A stretch of 64,000 nt of DNA from Candidatus Bathyarchaeia archaeon (GTDB taxonomy: Archaea; Thermoproteota; Bathyarchaeia; 40CM-2-53-6). The notes beneath the pieces are model-generated. The model made no database searches. It was not told the origin of the DNA and saw nothing but the letters and a program-made list of their open reading frames with translations. The stretch is taken from positions 192,001 to 256,000 of the forward strand of contig JBEKVV010000001.1 in the NCBI GenBank assembly GCA_049513715.1, given 5' to 3'. Of the stretch, positions 19,012 through 28,980 are shown one piece after another. How positions within the stretch are numbered: the stretch's first letter is position 1; every line of letters starts with the position of its first letter. Both the position numbers and the translations under genes were made by a program.

Positions 19012-20657
19012 CAACGGCAAAGATGGATACGATCCGTGACAAGCTAACATCAGTTGCCAGCATACCCGGTAAACTCTCGAAAAGTGCACACGGGAAATCA
19101 AGCAAGAGTAATGGCTCAGGAGAGTCACAGGCCGTCGTGGTTTTGGAGAAGCCCGGAGTGGGAACCACTCAGGTTCCCTCGAGCTTCAAAGAGGTTTCAC
19201 CGCTCATCGAGCCCTACGCGTACGCTGCGATCACTCATGACCCAAACACTGGCGGCATGCTCTACTACCTCATAGAACCAACCCTCCTAGACGAGGACAG
19301 GGCGCTGTACAAGAAGATCAGTATTTTCCTGGTCGAGGAGCTTGATGTCGACGTTCGCAAGATTCCAACGAAACAGGACGCAGAGAAAATTCTCAGGTTG
19401 AAAGTCAACGAAATCGTGAAGACCTACAAGATCAAGGTCGAGGAGGAGGTACTCGACAAACTAATGTACTTCTTGGCGCGGGACTTCATCTACCTCGGCA
19501 AGATTGAACCACTGATGAAAGATCACATGATCGAGGACATCAGCTGCGATGGACCGAACGTGCCAATTTACATCTGGCACCGCCAATACGAATCAATGCC
19601 GACAAACATCATCTTTGACGACCCGAAGGAATTGGACAACTTCATAGTCAAGCTTGCATACCTCAGTGGCAAACACGTCTCGATAGCTTCACCCATGGTG
19701 GATGGAGGACTGGCGGACGGTAGCAGAATCCAACTCACCTACGCAAAGGAAGTGACTAGGCACGGAAGCACCTTCTCAATTAGGCGTTTCAGGGCCGACC
19801 CGATGACGATCACTGACTTAATAACCTTCAACACGATAAACTCGGAGATGGGCGCCTACTTCTGGTACACCGTCGAGAAAAAGGCGTGTACCCTGATCAC
19901 TGGGGGAACGGCTTCCGGCAAAACAACCCTACTCAACTGCATATCCATGTACATACTACCAGACGATAAGATCGTGACGATTGAAGATACCCCCGAGTTG
20001 AACATACCGCACAAGAACTGGATTTCCGCAATCGCAAGAGTCGGTTTCGGCGCCGCCGGCAGCACTGCTGAGATAACACTCTTCGACTTGTTGAAGGCTG
20101 CTATGCGGCAGAGGCCGGACTACATAATCGTTGGCGAGGTCAGGGGGGAAGAAGCATTCACACTCTTCCAAGCTATGGCCACGGGCCACGGCGGCCTATC
20201 CAGCCTGCACGGAGACTCTGTATTGGCTGCTATTCGAAGACTCGAGTCAGCTCCACTGAACATACCACGGACACTGTTGCCGACACTCAACCTCATCGGA
20301 ATCCAACAACGAATGAAAGTTGGGGGCAAGCCAGTTCGAAGACTCATTCATCTCGCTGAAGTCCTCGGTATCGATCCGAGCTCAGGTGAACTTGACCTGA
20401 ACGACGTTTACCGCTGGGACCCAAGAACGGATTCGTTCACTTTCTCAGGACGGAGCCACATGATTGAAAGGTTGGCCGAACGTTCGGGAACGGCATTAAG
20501 TGCTGTTCAAGAGGAGCTTCGCCACAGAAAAACAGTGCTCGATTACATGGTCAAGAACAAGATTCGCAGGTACACCGACGTCGGGGGCCTGATCAGAGAC
20601 TACTACGCTGACCCACACAAAGTGTATGAGAAAGCTAGGTTGGGTTTGTTGAGCTAA
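19008..20657 (+). CDS. Type IV pilus assembly ATPase (FlaI/TadA/VirB11 family)
   Basis: Walker A GGTASGKT, TIEDTPE, RQRPDYIIVGEVRG, ATGHG. Confidence 0.95.
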   Translation: MTTAKMDTIRDKLTSVASIPGKLSKSAHGKSSKSNGSGESQAVVVLEKPGVGTTQVPSSFKEVSPLIEPYAYAAITHDPNTGGMLYYLIEPTLLDEDRALYKKISIFLVEELDVDVRKIPTKQDAEKILRLKVNEIVKTYKIKVEEEVLDKLMYFLARDFIYLGKIEPLMKDHMIEDISCDGPNVPIYIWHRQYESMPTNIIFDDPKELDNFIVKLAYLSGKHVSIASPMVDGGLADGSRIQLTYAKEVTRHGSTFSIRRFRADPMTITDLITFNTINSEMGAYFWYTVEKKACTLITGGTASGKTTLLNCISMYILPDDKIVTIEDTPELNIPHKNWISAIARVGFGAAGSTAEITLFDLLKAAMRQRPDYIIVGEVRGEEAFTLFQAMATGHGGLSSLHGDSVLAAIRRLESAPLNIPRTLLPTLNLIGIQQRMKVGGKPVRRLIHLAEVLGIDPSSGELDLNDVYRWDPRTDSFTFSGRSHMIERLAERSGTALSAVQEELRHRKTVLDYMVKNKIRRYTDVGGLIRDYYADPHKVYEKARLGLLS

Positions 20658-20658
20658 T

Positions 20659-21573
20659 TTGAAGACACCTAAACAGGCCGTTGAGAAGCAGTCGTCTGTG
20701 CTGAGGGCCCCATGGCTTCTCGCATACCGGTACTTGGGGGTTCGACTCCAGAGATTTCTGCCTTATTTCGAGGATCTCAGTGTCTCGATGCAAAAGGGAG
20801 CTTTCAAAATCAGCATACAATCCTACCTCAGTTTGATGGTACTAATCTCAGGCGTGTCACTTATCGTAAGTTCTATCATCGTTGGGGGCTTGGCATTATA
20901 CGCCGGCGCTCAGATTCTGTTGGCGATTCTGTTCGGTTTCGGCGCCGGGCTGCTATTCGGTGTCGCGGTCTTTGCAATCCTGTACGGCCTACCTTCCCTG
21001 CTCGCGATAAGTCGCAGAAGAAGGATGAACAACGAACTCCCCTACGTAGCCACTCACATGTCAATCCTGGCCTCAGCAGGAATTCCACCAACGCGAATGT
21101 TCAAACTGCTCGAAGATTCTCGTACGACGCCTGAGGTCGCCTCAGACTCAAACGAGATTGTCCGCGATGTGGAGGTTCTGGGAAACGACATCATGACAGC
21201 GCTGGAACTCGAAAGGGCGCGTTCGCCTTCAACGGTTTTCGGGGACATGCTCGAAGGATTGGTTGCGACAATCAGGTCCGGAGGGAACATGAAGAGTTAC
21301 CTGCAAGATGCCACACACACCATTATGGATTTGAAGAGAATCGCGTCGAAGCAGTTAATTGAATCTCTTGCAACCTTCGCCGAGATTTACATATCTATTC
21401 TGATAGTTTTCCCATTGCTCATGATCGTCATGTTCTCAGTAATGTCTTTGATTGGAGGCGGAATAGGCGGCTTGTCTGTCACGGTGATGATGTCCTTCAT
21501 CACCTACGCAATCATCCCAGTCTGCGCTGTGGCGGTCATCGTGATGCTTGACTCGTTAGTCGGTGAGGATTGA
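20659..21573 (+). CDS. Pilus membrane platform protein (TadC/FlaJ, T2SSF domain)
   Basis: ELPY..MSILASAG, G.DI.TALE..SPS, IRSGG. Confidence 0.9.
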   Translation: MKTPKQAVEKQSSVLRAPWLLAYRYLGVRLQRFLPYFEDLSVSMQKGAFKISIQSYLSLMVLISGVSLIVSSIIVGGLALYAGAQILLAILFGFGAGLLFGVAVFAILYGLPSLLAISRRRRMNNELPYVATHMSILASAGIPPTRMFKLLEDSRTTPEVASDSNEIVRDVEVLGNDIMTALELERARSPSTVFGDMLEGLVATIRSGGNMKSYLQDATHTIMDLKRIASKQLIESLATFAEIYISILIVFPLLMIVMFSVMSLIGGGIGGLSVTVMMSFITYAIIPVCAVAVIVMLDSLVGED

Positions 21574-22457
21574 AGATGCCGAAAATTGACCCCAAGGAGA
21601 AGGTGCTCGTCGCGATCGTTTCGATCGCTTTGGGCGTAACCGTGACAGTCTCAGGCCTTGTAGCCGCATTCATACTTAGGTTCCAGAATCTGCCACTCGA
21701 ATGGGATCAATTAGTGGTTCTGGGGCTGATTATTGGGATCTTCCCGCCTGCGGTCGTCGAGTACTTGGACTTAAGATGGCAACGCGGCATCGACAAGAAT
21801 ATTCCAAGGCTCGTTCGCGAGATTGCCGAAGCAGGAAAGACTGGTTTGACGCTCACCAGGGCGATCGAAGTCTCCGCTGACAGAGATTATGGGCCTCTGA
21901 CACCTGAACTGAGACAATTGATCATCCAGCTATCGTGGGGCAGCAGCCTTGAGGAAGCGTTGCGCTCCTTCGCCAAAAGAGCTCGAACGAGACTGGCGAA
22001 CAGAACCGCGGATTTGATAGCGGAAGTTGCACGGTCAGGCGGCGACACCAAAGAAATAATGGAACAGCTGAACAGGCACATAGGGGAGCTCCAAAGCATC
22101 GACGGGGAAAGATATGCCCAGATGAGGCCATACGCCGCGGTCGTCTACATTGCGTTCGGTGTATTCCTTTTCACCGACATAATGCTGATACGCTCATTCT
22201 TCACACAGATCGTCTATTTGCAAAAGTCCATCCTCAGCACTCCTGGGGGAGGTGGAAGCGTTTTCGGCGGAGTATCTGGAGTTGATATCAATTTGCTTCA
22301 GAAGATCTTCTTCCATGCCGCCGTGATTCAAGCACTCTTCGGGGGCCTGATCGCAGGGAAGATGAGTGAAGGCAAACTTGGAGCAGGCCTCAAACACGCA
22401 CTAATACTCCTTGTAATCGGGTTCCTGGGCTTCTTCATATTCGTTTGGAAGGCGTGA
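21570..22457 (+). CDS. Second pilus membrane platform protein (TadC/FlaJ)
   Basis: IP.LVREIAE..GL, YGPLT.EL, SGG, GLIAGKMSEG..AGLKH. Confidence 0.9.
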   Translation: MKMPKIDPKEKVLVAIVSIALGVTVTVSGLVAAFILRFQNLPLEWDQLVVLGLIIGIFPPAVVEYLDLRWQRGIDKNIPRLVREIAEAGKTGLTLTRAIEVSADRDYGPLTPELRQLIIQLSWGSSLEEALRSFAKRARTRLANRTADLIAEVARSGGDTKEIMEQLNRHIGELQSIDGERYAQMRPYAAVVYIAFGVFLFTDIMLIRSFFTQIVYLQKSILSTPGGGGSVFGGVSGVDINLLQKIFFHAAVIQALFGGLIAGKMSEGKLGAGLKHALILLVIGFLGFFIFVWKA

Positions 22458-22473
22458 AGTTGGAGGAAAAGAA

Positions 22474-22962
22474 ATGAGATTTCGTAGATTGAAACGGACT
22501 CTTGGTGTCAGCACCGTTATAGCGAACATGATGATGATCGTGATCGTACTATCGCTAGCCGCAATCCTAGTAGCATGGACTGGCACGACGTATGGCGCAT
22601 TCAGTTCAGGCACTCAGCTCTACTACAACCAAAGACAGCAAGCGCTCCAAGAAAGATTCGTAATAGAACTCGTTGCCTTCAACAATACAAGCGGCAACCA
22701 GATCATCATTTTCGTTCGAAACGTTGGATCGATTGACATCCAATTGGCTGCCATCTACATCAACGGTAATCTACAATCCTCGTTCAAAACCCCCTCGGTC
22801 GCCACTGGTTACTGCACGGTGCTACCAGTCCGCTTGGGAGTGCAACAAATGTGTATATTCAACATGACATATAGCACCACATGGACCTCCGGCACAATCT
22901 TCACCATCGTCGTAGCAACCGCAAGAGGCAACCAAGCAACGGCTAACGCTCGAGGACCATGA
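22474..22962 (+). CDS. Type IV pilin (minor)
   Basis: Class III signal RTLG|VSTVIA; VRNVG..IYING; TARGN. Confidence 0.85.
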   Translation: MRFRRLKRTLGVSTVIANMMMIVIVLSLAAILVAWTGTTYGAFSSGTQLYYNQRQQALQERFVIELVAFNNTSGNQIIIFVRNVGSIDIQLAAIYINGNLQSSFKTPSVATGYCTVLPVRLGVQQMCIFNMTYSTTWTSGTIFTIVVATARGNQATANARGP

Positions 22963-23035
22963 AGAGGTTATGGGCGTGGGAACAGAATCCTTACGTGTTT
23001 ACGACGCACTCTATTGTCGGGGGAGTGTGTCCTAG

Positions 23036-24340
23036 TTGCGGAAACTTTGGTTTCGACGAAAAGCTGTAAGCACAATCATTGGCGGAATCATAGTCCTCGG
23101 TTTGTTCCTGACAGCTCTCCTCTCCATGGTTCTTGTGAGTCAACAATACGACCAGTATCAAACTCAGGTAAACAAGATGTCCCAGTTTGGCATTAACCGG
23201 CTTTCTGAATATCTAGTAGCCAACTCCCCTGGCCTAACAAGTATAACGTCTAATGCTCTTATCCCTGGTTGGGCGGTCGCGGGCAGTTGCGGGGTCGGCG
23301 GGCAATACAACTGCTACAATATGACCGTGAGCAACTTGGGGGGCGTTGGTGTTCAGATCGTAAGGATCTACATAAATTCAACAGGGTCAGGTTGCACATC
23401 CCTCTGCGTACTCAACCCAACGGCTTCAATCACCTCCTACGCATTCAACCAAGCAAACCAGTTCGTTAACCGAGGTGAAACCAGCCATGCAGTAATCCTG
23501 GCGTTGCCTAGCGCCGTTGCCCTGCCAAATCCGACGCAACCTGCGTTTCCCATGAACGCTATCTTCATTGCTACAAGCATGGGGAATGTCTTCTCATTTC
23601 AATGGCCATTTCAAGTTCAGGTTTTCGGTCAAAGCCAATCAGCATACTCCCAAGGAATAATGAAAGTCGCATACCAGGGAACTTTCGATAGCAAAAACGA
23701 GGCGGGGCCAGTGGCCGCTGGCAGCGGGGGCAGTGGCACTGTGGCACAAGGATATTGCCACCAAGAATCCGTGCAATCGTATCCGGCCCCGACCGGCTAT
23801 GCGGAGAAACTCACAGTGAGTGGACTTAGCGATAACAATTTGTGGTTTGTCAACCCATGGATCACAGCCGGAAGCGGTAGTAGCAAGTCAATTCTGGACT
23901 CCGCCTACCACGGCGGAACAACCCTCTACTTTTATGTCATTGTGATAAACACTGGGGACGCGGCCTACAGTCCCAACGCTGGCACGATAGATCTAACCTG
24001 GTTCGCTTCCAATCACATTGACGGTAGCCTCTTTGGTGTCTACTACAATGGCAAATTCTATTCTGGTTCTACATCGCCGAGTATCAATAGTATCAGTATC
24101 GCAGCAGGCGCGTTCTACTACGCAATATTCAAGATCGACTATTCGTCGTCCACCAACCCCTCAATATTTATGCTGAATAACCCGCCGACCCGTTCGGTCA
24201 TGTTCTGGGGTGCTGCGTCAATCACAAACGTAGGAACGTCGGGAACTAGTGCTGAAGATGAGAGTTTCTTTTCCGGCACAATCCTTTCCTCCGGATTATG
24301 GATCCGATACGAGGCACCGTCCGGGAGTCCGTGTGCGTAA
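23036..24340 (+). CDS. Large pilin-like adhesin, paralog 1
   Basis: Class III signal RRKA|VSTIIG; Ser/Thr/Asn-rich beta domain. Confidence 0.8.
   Translation: MRKLWFRRKAVSTIIGGIIVLGLFLTALLSMVLVSQQYDQYQTQVNKMSQFGINRLSEYLVANSPGLTSITSNALIPGWAVAGSCGVGGQYNCYNMTVSNLGGVGVQIVRIYINSTGSGCTSLCVLNPTASITSYAFNQANQFVNRGETSHAVILALPSAVALPNPTQPAFPMNAIFIATSMGNVFSFQWPFQVQVFGQSQSAYSQGIMKVAYQGTFDSKNEAGPVAAGSGGSGTVAQGYCHQESVQSYPAPTGYAEKLTVSGLSDNNLWFVNPWITAGSGSSKSILDSAYHGGTTLYFYVIVINTGDAAYSPNAGTIDLTWFASNHIDGSLFGVYYNGKFYSGSTSPSINSISIAAGAFYYAIFKIDYSSSTNPSIFMLNNPPTRSVMFWGAASITNVGTSGTSAEDESFFSGTILSSGLWIRYEAPSGSPCA
23311..23454 (+). repeat. 144-bp block shared by the three adhesins, copy 1
   Basis: Same as 25961-26104; one mismatch to 24658-24801. 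Confidence 0.95.
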
Positions 24341-24379
24341 CTTGGATATAGCGTTCGGGACTTACGCTAGGAGGTTACT

Positions 24380-25630
24380 GTGATGCTTAGACTCCTAATC
24401 TTCCGATTTCGCCGACGCCGCGCGGTTAGTACTATGATTGGCGGGGTGATAATACTGTCGCTCCTACTAACCGCGCTTGGGACGATGGTCTTTGTTTCAC
24501 AGCAATACGACCAGTACCAACAATCGGCCAACAAGATGGGTCAATACGATAGTCAACAGTTGTCAGAGAATCTCGTTTTCAACTCTCCTGGCCTGACGTC
24601 TCTGACATCTAATGCTGCTGTCCCCGGTTGGGGGATTTGCACGAGCACCACCTACATCTGCTACAATATGACCGTGAGCAACTTGGGGGGCGTTGGTGTT
24701 CAGATCGTAAGGATCTACATAAATTCAACAGGGTCAGGTTGCACATCCCTCTGCGTACTCAACCCAACGTCTTCAATCACCTCCTACGCATTCAACCAAG
24801 CGAACAGCTACCTCAACCAGGGAGAAGTAAATCACTGGTTGGTCCTAGCGTTGCCCCGCGCCGTTGCTTTACCGAACCCGAACCCCGCGTTTCCACAGAA
24901 CACGATCCTCGTCGCTACGACTAGAGGAAACGTGTTTTCATTTCAATGGCCATATCAAATTCAAATTTTCGGTCAGAGTGGCTCAGCATTCTCGTCTGGA
25001 TTATTGAAAGTCGCATATCAACCAATAGGAACCTCTGGAGGTTACGATAGCATCCATGATTACAAAAACGCGTCTGGCCATACCCCTACCACCACATATT
25101 GTCATAATGAGCCATTGCAAAGCTACCCGGCAGCGTCTAATTACGCGGAAAAACTCACAGGAATAACTGGAGTCAAAGACAGTAATACATTGTATTTCGT
25201 GAATCCTTGGGTCACAAAAGCAATTCTGATGTCCACATGCACCGAGAGTTGTAGCGGTAGCGCTACAACGCAGATGTATATCTATGCAGTTGTGATGAAC
25301 ACGTTCAAAACAGCGTATACCGTTAATAATGGAACAATAGATCTAATGTGGTATAGTACGAATCACCTCGACGGGATTCTTTATGGTTTGTACTACCAAG
25401 GACATTTCTACCCAACCGGTAGCCTGCCAAGCATTGCACCCGGTACGAGTTACTACGCGATATACCAAATGAATGAAATGCAACTAGCCTACCCACCACC
25501 ACGTTCCCCGATAGCAGACAATTCGGTAATGTTCTGGGGTGGTGCGTCACTCTCAACTACTTCTAAGAACGAGACCTACTTTTCGGGCACAATCCTTGCT
25601 TCCGGATTTTGGATGCGAGCTTCATGCTGA
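24380..25630 (+). CDS. Large pilin-like adhesin, paralog 2
   Basis: Class III signal RRRA|VSTMIG. Confidence 0.8.
   Translation: MMLRLLIFRFRRRRAVSTMIGGVIILSLLLTALGTMVFVSQQYDQYQQSANKMGQYDSQQLSENLVFNSPGLTSLTSNAAVPGWGICTSTTYICYNMTVSNLGGVGVQIVRIYINSTGSGCTSLCVLNPTSSITSYAFNQANSYLNQGEVNHWLVLALPRAVALPNPNPAFPQNTILVATTRGNVFSFQWPYQIQIFGQSGSAFSSGLLKVAYQPIGTSGGYDSIHDYKNASGHTPTTTYCHNEPLQSYPAASNYAEKLTGITGVKDSNTLYFVNPWVTKAILMSTCTESCSGSATTQMYIYAVVMNTFKTAYTVNNGTIDLMWYSTNHLDGILYGLYYQGHFYPTGSLPSIAPGTSYYAIYQMNEMQLAYPPPRSPIADNSVMFWGGASLSTTSKNETYFSGTILASGFWMRASC
24608..24855 (+). repeat. 248-bp block shared by adhesins 2 and 3 (contains the 144-bp block)
   Basis: Matches 25911-26158 with one mismatch. Confidence 0.9.
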
Positions 25631-25682
25631 GGAGTTGTGCACAGCTTGGATGTAGCTATTGGTATTCAAAAACGAGGTCACC

Positions 25683-27029
25683 GTGATGTTTAGGTTTCTA
25701 ATTTTCAGATTTAGCGGTCGGCGTGCAGTTAGTACTATGATTGGCGGGGTGATAATACTGTCGCTCCTACTAACCGCGCTTGGGACGATGGTCTTTGTTT
25801 CACAGCAATACGACCAGTACCAACAATCGGTCAACAAGATGGTTCAGTATGGAGATAAGCAGCAGTTAGAGAATTTAGTAGCTAACTCTCCTGGGCTAAC
25901 GCCTGTAGCGTCTAATGCTGCTGTCCCCGGTTGGGGGATTTGCACGAGCACCACCTACATCTGCTACAATATGACCGTGAGCAACTTGGGGGGCGTTGGT
26001 GTTCAGATCGTAAGGATCTACATAAATTCAACAGGGTCAGGTTGCACATCCCTCTGCGTACTCAACCCAACGGCTTCAATCACCTCCTACGCATTCAACC
26101 AAGCGAACAGCTACCTCAACCAGGGAGAAGTAAATCACTGGTTGGTCCTAGCGTTGCCTAAGGCCAAGCTGTTGCCAAGCTATACATTTTCTACGCCCCC
26201 AAACACGATCCTTATCGTTACGAGTCGTGGAAACGTGTTCGCTTTCCAATGGCCATTTCAAATTCTAATGGGCGGTCAGAGTCAATCAGCATTTTCCGCT
26301 GGAATAATGAAGATCGCATATCAGTATATACAGGGATCTGCGTATCCAACTTGTACTACTACAAATCCTCCTCTATGTTACGATAGCAAAAACGAGCCGG
26401 GACCAGTGGCCGCTGGCAGTGGGGGTTCTGTCACTAGTGCATACTGCCACCAGGAGCCCGCGCAAGCATATCAGGCTGGGCCAACTTACGCGGAAAAACT
26501 TACAGTGAGTGGACTTACCGATAACAATTTGTGGTTTGTCAGCCCATGGGTCACTCAGTCAATTTTCACTAGCGCACAAACTAATGGCAATGCTCCTTCT
26601 GGTCATCTAACTTGGCCATCCAACTTAACAACGCTCTATATCTACGTGAATATTACAAACGTAGGGAACACACCCTTTGCCATCAACGGAGGTTCGATAG
26701 ATCTAACTTGGTACAGTTTCAATTGGCTCACAGCAAATCTTATTGGCTATTACCAAGGTGCACCTCCGGGAACGTTCTACCCGACAGGTACAACGCACAC
26801 CGTTGCTGCGGGTCAGAGTTTCTACGGAATATTCAAAGTCATTTCCTTATGTCTAGGAAAGTCGGACTGTTCACCATCCTCCTCCTCCACGGGCACTTGG
26901 CCCCCACCAACCGGTCAGTCAGTCATGTTTCTTGGTTCCGCGTCATTAACAAGCAGTACCACGAACTCGACTTTCATTGCGGGTGTGGCTCTTACGTCTG
27001 GATTATGGATACGATATTCCTGCTCCTAG
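25683..27029 (+). CDS. Large pilin-like adhesin, paralog 3
   Basis: Class III signal GRRA|VSTMIG; start placed by homology to paralog 2 (GAGGT SD, GTG ATG). Confidence 0.8.
   Translation: MMFRFLIFRFSGRRAVSTMIGGVIILSLLLTALGTMVFVSQQYDQYQQSVNKMVQYGDKQQLENLVANSPGLTPVASNAAVPGWGICTSTTYICYNMTVSNLGGVGVQIVRIYINSTGSGCTSLCVLNPTASITSYAFNQANSYLNQGEVNHWLVLALPKAKLLPSYTFSTPPNTILIVTSRGNVFAFQWPFQILMGGQSQSAFSAGIMKIAYQYIQGSAYPTCTTTNPPLCYDSKNEPGPVAAGSGGSVTSAYCHQEPAQAYQAGPTYAEKLTVSGLTDNNLWFVSPWVTQSIFTSAQTNGNAPSGHLTWPSNLTTLYIYVNITNVGNTPFAINGGSIDLTWYSFNWLTANLIGYYQGAPPGTFYPTGTTHTVAAGQSFYGIFKVISLCLGKSDCSPSSSSTGTWPPPTGQSVMFLGSASLTSSTTNSTFIAGVALTSGLWIRYSCS
25911..26158 (+). repeat. 248-bp block, adhesin 3 copy
   Basis: Matches 24608-24855. 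Confidence 0.9.
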
Positions 27030-27354
27030 AGCCTCGCAAGATCTTCAGAGAGAGCAGGCTGGCACCCACACGAACGTGTCATGGCCACGTTGGATTTAGG
27101 ATCCGAAGCAGTTTAGGATTCGTTAGAGTATATTGGGCAAGAGCAAGGGGCGGTGAAAGGCTATTCCTGCTGGGAGGAAGGTTATTGAGGACACCTATTC
27201 TTTAGGGGACTTCAACCGGCTTTTCCACAAGTACTACGCTTGTCTCTACTACTGCTCCACGGCTAGAACGAGGCGGTTCAGCTTTTGGGAAGGGCTAGAT
27301 GTGAAAAGTCTCTGAGGGGGTTCCTGATGAAACTGCGGGTCGAACTGGACGAAA

Positions 27355-27951
27355 TCAATACGTGCCTGTACTTAGGCCGGCTACGAGGGAATAGGAGAAG
27401 ACCGAGCCGTCAGCCGTGACCACCTTCACGGAGTATGCGACACCACTAATGATGGTTTGAGTAACTCCCGTGTTGGGTATGGTAAGGATTGCTGTGCATG
27501 AGGATGGGCCTAGGGGGAGGAGGCCGCTCGCGGTGGTGTAGGTAGGTATGCCTGTCACCGTTGAATAAGCAAAGGTGGTTTGGCTTATTGTGTAGGCGGC
27601 GCAGGTGCCAGTGATGGGTTGTGTGATCTTCACGCCTGCGACGAAGAATTCGGATAGGACGGCGACTCCTGACCCCACGTTTCGCAGATTAAGACAAAGC
27701 GTGTGCAGTGTCTTATCGTAGCACTGTGAGTTCGTAGCAACCCCAGCAGCAGTCGTAGAGCTCCAGTCGTAGTACTCCACCGAGATCATTTGCGAGTATG
27801 GTTTCTGCGGCTGGGCGCCTTGAAGGGACCCCAGTAAACCTGAGGAGTAGACGTACAAGATGGTGGCTCCAGCGACGGTTATCAGGATCAAGAGCAGAAC
27901 GGCGACGATTTCTGCTATGCCTTTCTTCGCACGCCTAAACTTAACGATCAA
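27355..27951 (-). CDS. Type IV pilin
   Basis: Class III signal KKG|IAEIVAVLLLILITV; LRNVG; VKVVTADGSVFSY like the major pilin. Confidence 0.9.
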   Translation of the reverse strand: MIVKFRRAKKGIAEIVAVLLLILITVAGATILYVYSSGLLGSLQGAQPQKPYSQMISVEYYDWSSTTAAGVATNSQCYDKTLHTLCLNLRNVGSGVAVLSEFFVAGVKITQPITGTCAAYTISQTTFAYSTVTGIPTYTTASGLLPLGPSSCTAILTIPNTGVTQTIISGVAYSVKVVTADGSVFSYSLVAGLSTGTY

Positions 27952-27966
27952 TCATGTTACCTCATT

Positions 27967-28980
27967 CTATTGTGCGATGTCTTTGAAAGCCCCTAGGCTT
28001 AGAAGTGTTGTTGTGGCCTCTTTCAAGGAAGCGGCCTCAACCAAAACCAATCTCAGATTCCGGGCCAGCGCTTTGGCATCACTGTCAACACCTGGAATCG
28101 CGAGTAGATAACTCTCGGAAGGTTTTGCGTCCTTCACCTTCGCCGCGAAGATGCGTACTGCGTCCGAGCTGATCGCCGATTCGGAAGTGACTACGTCGAT
28201 TGCAATGGTTTTGCTTCCTCCCCAACGACCGCTTCGGGCTGTCGTGACTACGTCGAAGCTTTGAGCTTGGCCTGATTTGCCTGGTAAGCTCCCTGGTGCT
28301 TGAGCCGTCAGTCCCATGTCCTCAAGCGTTGTCAAGACTTCGGAGTATAGGAGTACCTCTCGCCTTATCTCACCTAACAAGTCCGGGTTCAATCTGTATT
28401 GGTAGACGGGTACGAGGCGCGTTCTGTCTGTTGCGAATTGATGTCGCTTAGCCCTACAGAAGTGTGCGCTGGATGGCATGTTGAATGATTCGGTGCAGTT
28501 GGCGCATTTGTACCATGCTCCCACCGCTCTGTATTCGACGCCGAAGTTGTGAAGGACAGTCTGGCATTTGGGGCAGATCAATTGGTCCCCTTTCCTGAAG
28601 GTCTCATCATCGGCCACTTTGCCGCATTTGAGATGCTCGAAGAGGTAGCTGCGGGCAATGTTATAGCTGTAACATTTTGGGCAGACGTACCGCGTGCTCA
28701 CTTGGGCTGATCCACACTCGGGGCAAGCTGGCATCTTGTCCACCATGTCGGCGACGAGCACTTTGGCTTCGAGCATTGTGGAGAGGAGGGCTAGTGTTGC
28801 ATCGGGGCCTAACGCTTCGAGTTGTGGGTATCGTAGTTCGTCGGTTGGGGTTATCTCAGGGGTGATTGGGGTTCGGGGGCTTCGAATCAGGAATTGGAGT
28901 ATCTTCCTCGCTTTCGGGTCAGAGTAGATTTCCTTGTTTACGACGCTTGGCCTGGAGTCTAGGCGAGTCGTCAAAGTCAT
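27967..28980 (-). CDS. TackOD1-like multi-CxxC Zn-binding protein with C-terminal REase-fold domain
   Basis: CPECGS, CPKC, EHLKCG, CPKC, CANC; then GKSG..SFDVV..IAIDV. Confidence 0.7.
   Translation of the reverse strand: MTLTTRLDSRPSVVNKEIYSDPKARKILQFLIRSPRTPITPEITPTDELRYPQLEALGPDATLALLSTMLEAKVLVADMVDKMPACPECGSAQVSTRYVCPKCYSYNIARSYLFEHLKCGKVADDETFRKGDQLICPKCQTVLHNFGVEYRAVGAWYKCANCTESFNMPSSAHFCRAKRHQFATDRTRLVPVYQYRLNPDLLGEIRREVLLYSEVLTTLEDMGLTAQAPGSLPGKSGQAQSFDVVTTARSGRWGGSKTIAIDVVTSESAISSDAVRIFAAKVKDAKPSESYLLAIPGVDSDAKALARNLRLVLVEAASLKEATTTLLSLGAFKDIAQ

Noticed and set aside
16086..27029. Diversity-generating retroelement acting on pilins or adhesins
   Set aside because: No reverse transcriptase in the window; repeats are near-identical and lie in conserved regions rather than showing adenine-specific mismatches
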